From positions 1-15,211 of the forward strand of contig NW_021825426.1 in assembly GCF_006345805.1 (NCBI RefSeq): a stretch of 15,211 nucleotides of DNA. Direction: 5' to 3'. Positions within the stretch are counted from its first letter, which is position 1. Every line of letters begins with the position of its first letter. Both the position numbers and the translations under genes were made by a program. This stretch comes from Octopus sinensis (lineage: Eukaryota). Below are positions 9,045 through 15,211 of this stretch, in pieces. Under the pieces are notes generated by a model. It ran no database searches and had not been told where the DNA came from. It saw only the letters and a program-made list of their open reading frames with translations.

Positions 9045-9075
<31 letters not shown>

Positions 9076-9146
9076 GCTACGATCGATATGTTTGTGTGTC
9101 TGAGTGTATTTGCGTCTTTGCGTATGTGTGCATGTGTGTGTATATG

Positions 9147-9193
<47 letters not shown>

Positions 9194-9203
9194 TATATAT
9201 ATG

Positions 9204-9272
<69 letters not shown>

Positions 9273-9440
9273 TATATATATACATATATATATCAAGGGC
9301 TGAAATATGTGCGCATGTGTTGTGTATATAATCTATACAATATCTGTGTGTGTGTGTGCGTGTATATGTTTGTATATGTATACATACACGTATATATATG
9401 CACATAAATATACATACATACAAAAGTATGTATGTGTGTA
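8981..9440. repeat. (GTT)/(CTA)n followed by long (TA)/(TG)/(CATA) microsatellites
   Basis: Direct reading. Confidence 0.9.
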
Positions 9441-9917
9441 TCTATTGTAGTTAATCCTCTTAATCAATATGCTTGGGCTCCTTGTCCACTTTAAGGTGGA
9501 GGACAACTATGATAGCAAATTCAATAAACTGTAATCTATGCATTTCTGCTCTGTTGGTGATTCGTCTTTCGCTGATAAACGATATTTGCATGTTATTAAT
9601 TATATATGACAATGTTGTGAGATAAATAGCATTTTTGCTAGGATTATCATTCACAATTAGATGTGAATTGCAATGGTAGTGAACTACCACCGCACATGAT
9701 CCAATGAACCAATGAATAATAGGTAGATCTTACCATAGCGCTATAGAATATAGCAATAATTATCAGTGATAAAAGATTCCGTTGATTAAATAATTGTGTC
9801 CACCATTAATATCATTGATGCTGTATCTGTGTATACATACATAAATCTACACGTGCATTACACACACACACGCGCACACTCATAAACGTATATATTATTA
9901 CTGAATGTATATATGTC

Positions 9918-9951
<34 letters not shown>

Positions 9952-10250
9952 TGAAGGAATGATACAAAGTAGCATTCAACATATTTGTCTGGAGATACAC
10001 GCATTCAGTAATAGTTTGACTCAGCGCCAGTCTGCATCGCGGAACATCTGATATATATATATATATATATATTTCCGTCTTTCCTGAGCGTCCAATAATG
10101 CTATATTTGTTCCACGTGCTCGCGTTGTTGTGTTTTTTTGTGCTTTCTTGTTTGGATTAACTTTATATATATATATATGTATATATATATACGAGCGAGC
10201 AGAGAAACTGAAAGAATGGTACTCAACACATTTATTGGAAGTTAAATGTG

Positions 10251-10414
10251 TGGATCAAACAGATTGATTCAAATTCCTTGGTACTTTAAGTTTCAAGCGT
10301 TATGCTAGTCGTCAGCCACTTGAATTAGAATATATTCTAATTCCAATGGCTGAAGACGAGCATCATGCTTGAGACTTAAAGTACCAAAGAATCTGAATCA
10401 ATCTGCTTGATCCA
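10251..10414. repeat. 164 bp loop-less palindrome (82 bp arms, about 10 mismatches)
   Basis: TGGATCAAACAGATTGATTC...AGAATA|TATTCT...GAATCAATCTGCTTGATCCA, with the centre between 10332 and 10333 and no indels. Confidence 0.95.
10267..10331 (-). ncRNA. Minimal type I hammerhead ribozyme motif
   Basis: Minus strand: ATTCTAATTCAAGTGG-CTGACGA-CTAGCATAACGCTT-GAAA-CTTAAAG-TA/CCAAGGAATTTGAAT. It has an extended stem I, a near-palindromic stem III and a GUA triplet. The mirror on + has CTGAAGA (10350-10356) but GAGA in place of GAAA (10371-10374). Confidence 0.75.
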
Positions 10415-10645
10415 TCCATCCATCCATCCATCCATCCATCCATCCATCCATCCATCCATCCATCCATGCATGCATGCATGCATGCATGCATACATACATA
10501 CATACATACATACATACATACATACATACATACATACATACATGCATGCATGCATACATACATACATACATACATACATACGTACATACATACATACAGA
10601 CATACATGCATACATATTTATATATAAATACATATTTATATATAC
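10409..10645. repeat. Compound (CCAT)n(GCAT)n(ACAT)n tetranucleotide microsatellite
   Basis: Direct reading. Confidence 0.95.
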
Positions 10646-10647
10646 GT

Positions 10648-12228
10648 ACAGCATATGGAAGAAGTTTAGGGACCACAAAAATCAGGAGAGGCATCTTCCA
10701 AGGGGACTGCCTATCCTTAATGATCTTTGCACTGTTCATGATGCCACTAACACTGATTCTAAGGAAAGCAAAAGCTGGGTATGTATCCAAGAGCCGCCAA
10801 CAAAAAGTCAATCATTTGTTATTCATGAATGACCTCAAACTTTATGGTAAAGATAAATTCCAAGTCAGTTCCCTCGTTGATACGGTGTATACTTTCAGTG
10901 TTGATATCCGAATGGAGTTCGGACTGAAAAAGTGTGGTGTGTTAGTCTTCAAGAGAGGCAAAATCAAATGAATGGACGGGCTAGCGATACCGTCGGGAGA
11001 GGTTACGAAGCAAATAGAAGAGACGGGCGATAAGTACTTGGGGATATTGGAAATGGATAAATTGATGGAGAAAGAAATGACAGAAAAATTTAAGGTGGAG
11101 TACTTGCGCAGACTGAGACTGATACTTAAGTTGAAATGAAACTGACGGAATAAGATTGAAGCTCTCAAATCTTAGGCGGTTTCACTCTTAAGATATGGAG
11201 TAGGGGTAATCGCATGAACTGTAGACGAACTAAACAGCTTAGACAGATAGACAAGGCACTTGCTGACTAAATATGGAATACTCCAACCAAAAAGTGACAC
11301 AGACAGACTGTCTGTGCCAAGAAAAAGACGGGGAAGAGGACTGATTGGATGCGAACACAGCATTATAGCAGAGAAAACCAACATGCGCGTAGCATGGTAT
11401 GTAAAAATGCTACAGTACTATTCTAATGTAGGATGGAACATTGCAAAGATAGCGCACTGTACAAGTACTTGAGAATGAATGAAACTGAAAAATAGGTGGA
11501 TAAAGAAAAGAATGCATGGGCAATTCCATAGGGATGTTGAAGACAGAGAAAAAAGATGGCTATGGATGACTAAAAGTGATTTAAAACCGGACACGGATGT
11601 TCTAATCTGTGATGCCTAAGTGCAAGCATTAAGAACCAATTACATCAAATACAGAATAGATAACACACCAGAAAGTGATAAATGCCGAATTTGTGGATAA
11701 AACGGTAAAACTCTATGGCATATTACCAGTCAATGTACACCACTAGCCCAGAAAGAATATAAGAGACATCATGACAATTTAGCAAGGCCTGTCCATTGGT
11801 CACTTTGTAACAGGTATGGACTTGACAGAGAAAAAATGTGGTACGAACATAATCCCGAAGGCATCATCGAAAATGATAATGCAAAGATCCTATGGGATTT
11901 TATGATTCAGTGCGACCATAATCTAGAGAATAGGAAACCAGACATAGTATTAATTGAGAAAGAAAGCAAACAATGCTGGATCATAGATATAGCATGCCCA
12001 GCTGACAACAAGGTATGCTATAAAGAAGAAAGAAAAGTCGATAGATATAATAGGTTAGCTTCGGAAGGTAAGCAGTTGTGGTCGCTGAAAAAGGTGGCAG
12101 TAGTACCAATAGTTGTCGGAGCCCTGTGAACAGTGAGTAAATATATTGAGAAGTACATGGAACAAATAGGGCTGCAATAAGGGTGGAGCATTTGCAGAAA
12201 ACCGCACTGCTTGGAACCACACGAAAAT
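10648..12228 (+). mobile_element. 5'-truncated, pseudogenised R4/Dong-clade non-LTR retrotransposon (RT + CCHC + restriction-like endonuclease)
   Basis: [24 protein letters not shown] (MDD mutated, 10822-10833), MEFGLKKC, KYLGILE, GRGL, MHGQF, CRIC...WHITSQC knuckle (11683-11736), RHHDN, LWDF, RKPDIVL...IDIACP (PD-(D/E)xK), PIVVGAL and LQKTALLGT. It has many stops and frameshifts. Confidence 0.92.
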
Positions 12229-12261
12229 GTCGACATACACGTGGAACCACACGTGTATGTC

Positions 12262-12408
12262 TATATTGCCCCTTCCGTTTCCCAGTTCGAAAGGGATGCC
12301 CCTCGACTGTTCTAACTTCCGCAGCAGTGGCTCGAGTGCCAATACGTACAGAAGAGGCGACAGCAAGTGTTCCAAACAGTTCCGATAAGTGATCGTTTAC
12401 TTTGACCC
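12262..12408 (-). mobile_element. Short L1/Tx1-clade reverse transcriptase fragment
   Basis: The minus strand encodes VKVNDHLSELF and then, after a deletion of the RQGCP segment, LSPLLYVLALEPLLRKL...GIP. This is a characteristic L1/Tx1 RT motif. Confidence 0.8.
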
Positions 12409-12410
12409 CC

Positions 12411-12453
<43 letters not shown>

Positions 12454-12509
12454 TAGTAATAATAATAATAATAGTAGTAGTAGTAGGTAGTAGGTAGTAG
12501 TAGTAGTAA
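12411..12509. repeat. (TAA)n/(TAG)n microsatellite
   Basis: Direct reading. Confidence 0.95.
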
Positions 12510-12682
12510 TTTTGCCACGAGGGCAGCTTTGGGGAAGGGGAATAAGTCGATTACGTCGACACCAGTGTGTAACTGGTACTTATTTAATCGACTCCGAAAG
12601 GCAAAGTCGACCTCGGTGAAATTTGAACTTAGATCGTAAAAACGGAAGAAACATTGCTTGGTATTTTGCAAGGTCGCCGCCT
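12510..12682 (-). mobile_element. Family-A SINE with internal deletions
   Basis: AACTGGTACTTATTTAATCGAC...AAAGGCAAAGTCGACCTCGG...ATTTGAACT...TCGCCGCCT. Confidence 0.85.
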
Positions 12683-12683
12683 C

Positions 12684-12723
<40 letters not shown>

Positions 12724-12743
12724 TGATGGTGATGATGATGATA

Positions 12744-12965
12744 ATAATCTTTTCTACTTGAGAAGCAAGGCCTCAAATTTAGCGGAGAGGGGACTAGTCG
12801 ATTAAATCAACCCCAGTGTTTCATTGGTACTTAATTTATCGACCGCGAAATTGATGAAACGGAAAGCCGATCTCGGCGGAATTTGAACTCAGAACACGTA
12901 GCGACGAGTGAAATACCACTCAGCATTTCGCCCGGCGTGCTAACTTTTCTGCCAGCTCGCCGCCT
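12744..12965 (-). mobile_element. Family-A SINE, full length
   Basis: GGTACTTAATTTATCGAC...CTCGGCGGAATTTGAACTCAGAAC...CTGCCAGCTCGCCGCCT, flanked by (TAA)/(TGA) repeats. Confidence 0.9.
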
Positions 12966-12968
12966 TCT

Positions 12969-13038
12969 TAATGATGATGATAATAATAATAACAATAATA
13001 CCCCAGTGTTACTTTGATGGCATGCACTGCTCTCTCAC

Positions 13039-13081
<43 letters not shown>

Positions 13082-13160
13082 TAATAATAATAACAATGAT
13101 AATAACAACAATAATAATAATAGCAATAATAAAGATGATGATGATGATGATGATGATGAT
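12969..13160. repeat. (TAA)/(CAA)/(TGA)n microsatellite with a 40 bp unique island (13000-13040)
   Basis: Direct reading. Confidence 0.9.
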
Positions 13161-13582
13161 GAAAATAAAATCTTTTTATTAGTATTGTATTCGTATTGTT
13201 GATCTTTTTCACTCAATGTTAATCCATCGTTGTTGCTGTTTTTTTGTCGTTTTTCCTTTGTTGTTAACCTCTGTACTAACCCTGACACCTTAGGCCCTTG
13301 TGGACAATAAAAGATGTAATTATCATTATAATTATATTTATAAATACTAATTGACAAACCTAGAAGACAAACGCAACTAAATACTTACATAGATACAATA
13401 CATACACAAGCGCGTACACACACATTGTGCGAGAGTGTTAACGACTCATTCACTTCGCTGGTCTTCTGTTTGTAAAACGATTTGTGTATAGTGGCTAGAT
13501 ATTTATAAGACTGTAATGAATCGATTTTGTTGTCTCTGATTTAACTTGACATCAATAGGCAATCTGTCGAACTTCATATTTG

Positions 13583-13920
13583 TACACACACAAATACACA
13601 CACACAAACACACACACAAACACACACGCACACACAAATACACTCACACACACACGCGCGCAAACAAACACACACACACGCATACATATACATATAAATA
13701 TACACACACATATGTACTGACACACAAACACACACACACACACAAACACATATTTGTGCAATATACACAGACATATATATATACACACACACACGCACAT
13801 GTACGTATGCACTCACATACTCACATACATATATAGACACACATACACACACACATATATAAGCACACACAATATACACACACGCAAACATATATATATG
13901 TATGCATGTGTATGTATGCA
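13583..13920. repeat. Degenerate (CA)n/(TA)n microsatellite
   Basis: Direct reading. Confidence 0.9.
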
Positions 13921-13991
13921 ATCTAGACAACGGTAAACGTATATATGTATTCATGTGTAGGTATGTAATCTAGACGACGGTAAAAACTGTA

Positions 13992-14063
13992 CATCGGACG
14001 CGAGAATCGAACCCGGTGTCTGCAGTAAGCTGTATAACAATGCTAACCACTACACAAAGTTAA
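13992..14063 (-). pseudogene. Degenerate tRNA-like sequence (tRNA pseudogene or SINE head)
   Basis: Minus strand has A box TGTAGTGGTTAG (14043-14054), B box GGTTCGATTC (14004-14013), a plausible D arm, an imperfect T arm and TTTTT just downstream (13982-13986). Acceptor and anticodon stems do not close. Confidence 0.65.
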
Positions 14064-14160
14064 CATCACAATTTCAACCGTCCGGTTAGAGACATCAGCA
14101 TTATAAGTACAGAAGCTGATTTACATACATACAGTCACACATGCATGTGTTAATACTGTT

Positions 14161-14164
14161 TATG

Positions 14165-14224
<60 letters not shown>

Positions 14225-14280
14225 GATATATAATATATATATTATATATATATATATATATGTATATTATATATATATAA
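14161..14280. repeat. (TA)n microsatellite
   Basis: Direct reading. Confidence 0.95.
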
Positions 14281-14520
14281 ATTTAAAATAATAATGGTGA
14301 AAAATTGAATATTAATTTGATTAATATCAATTCAAAACCAGTGGTCCAGTATATAGAAAAATCTGAAGATTCAGAAAAATTATATTACATACATATGAGG
14401 AATGACCACTAAGTGGACATCCATTATACTAGAAGTCGACCCACAACGGTCTTACCACTATGGTCTTACCGCCAGAACGTAAGCGAGTAAGACATGAAAA
14501 GATACAAAATATAGAGATCA

Positions 14521-14592
14521 ATCACAAACCCGATTTCGTTGTTACCACTTACGTAATTACTTATGTAGATCTCCGCATCTCATCAGTGCGAT
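14521..14592 (-). ncRNA. Type I hammerhead ribozyme motif with long stem II
   Basis: Minus strand: ATCGCA-CTGATGA-G...(about 40 nt with an internal hairpin)...C-GAAA-TCGGG-TT/TGTGAT. It has a 6 bp stem I (one G-U), G10.1-C11.1, a very short stem III and a GUU triplet. Confidence 0.7.
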
Positions 14593-14713
14593 CGTCATAG
14601 CAAAATATTATTTGAAGAACTATACACGAAACGTCCGCATGAGATCGAACATGTTTATAGTTCTACCAATTAAATGTGGGGTTATATTTCAAAAGTCTTC
14701 GTTTTTGTGTGCC

Positions 14714-14925
14714 AAGAGGTCGCAAAATCACTAGCATGCCGCGACAACTGCTTTGCAGTACTTCATGCGTTTTTACGGTCTGAGTTCAAATTTCGCCGAA
14801 GTTGACTTTGCCCCTCATCCTATCGAGGGTGATAAAATAAGTATCAGTCGAGCACTGAGATAAATGTAATCGACTTACACTCTGCCCAAAATTGCTGGCT
14901 TTGTGCCAAAATTTGATGCCAATAT
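14714..14925 (+). mobile_element. Diverged family-A SINE
   Basis: CTGAGTTCAAATTTCGCCGAAGTTGACTTTGCCCCTCATCC...GATAAAATAAGTATCAGT...GTGCCAAAATTTGA. Confidence 0.85.
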
Positions 14926-14934
14926 CTCAGATTT

Positions 14935-15211
14935 CCCCTCAGCCTTCAGGAACCTCAAATGTTACTTAAAATATTCACTGATTCACGTTGAAGAAAGCAA
15001 CTCGAGCTGATCGACAGGTTCACTGAACACCTTACAAATATCTGATTCGGTAACGGATCGCTCGTCCTCCACCTGTCATCCCGATCGGTTAACATTTCCG
15101 CTGACCGGGTAATACCACATGACAATTTTCCACTTTTGGAACTTTGCCTTAAGTCACACCTATAAGGAGAATAGGAACTTATATTCCTTCTTGGGACGTC
15201 CTAATCTAACA
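14935..15211 (+). mobile_element. Penelope-like element GIY-YIG endonuclease remnant (runs off the window end)
   Basis: TSNVT*NIH* (cf. SSNVIYCIxC), LIHVEE (cf. LYIGET), LIDRFTEHL (15007-15033) and E*ELIFLLGTS*SN (cf. EQ.LIF.LGT..P.GIN). These appear in correct PLE order, with stops and frameshifts. Confidence 0.75.

Noticed and set aside
8008-10832. Many ORFs with YI/CV/HT/MDGW repeats
   Set aside because: Microsatellite translations, not proteins.
10474-10971. 165 aa ORF as a functional reverse transcriptase gene
   Set aside because: The N-terminus is microsatellite, the catalytic MDD reads MND, and downstream frames have many stops. It is annotated as a dead retroelement.
12312-13954. 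Poly-N/Y/L/H and HT/CV ORFs
   Set aside because: Tri- and dinucleotide repeat artefacts.
13992-14063. Functional tRNA gene
   Set aside because: Acceptor and anticodon stems do not pair, so no isotype can be assigned.
14610-14640. TTGAAGA...CGAAACGTC hammerhead-like string
   Set aside because: C3 is absent and neither stem I nor stem II pairs.

Overview
Eukaryotic, AT-rich, repeat-saturated non-coding DNA (intronic or intergenic). The repeat inventory suggests a coleoid cephalopod such as Octopus, which is an inference from recognised SINE/LINE types. No intact host gene or intact TE ORF is visible, and most listed ORFs are microsatellite artefacts. The window holds: two tRNA-derived SINE families in multiple copies; decayed RTE, R4/Dong (RLE) and L1/Tx1 LINE fragments; a mariner derivative built from two 5' ends; a probable pogo/Tigger end; a Penelope-like GIY-YIG remnant; and many microsatellites. 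The least obvious signal is a set of sequence-distinct minimal type I hammerhead ribozyme motifs (about 3954-4004, 5053-5085, 10267-10331, 14521-14592, and a degenerate one at 2543-2600). Two of them lie in long loop-less palindromes with a ribozyme on each strand, and one carries an A3-U8 swap of the conserved C3-G8 pair. All alignments and folds were done by eye.
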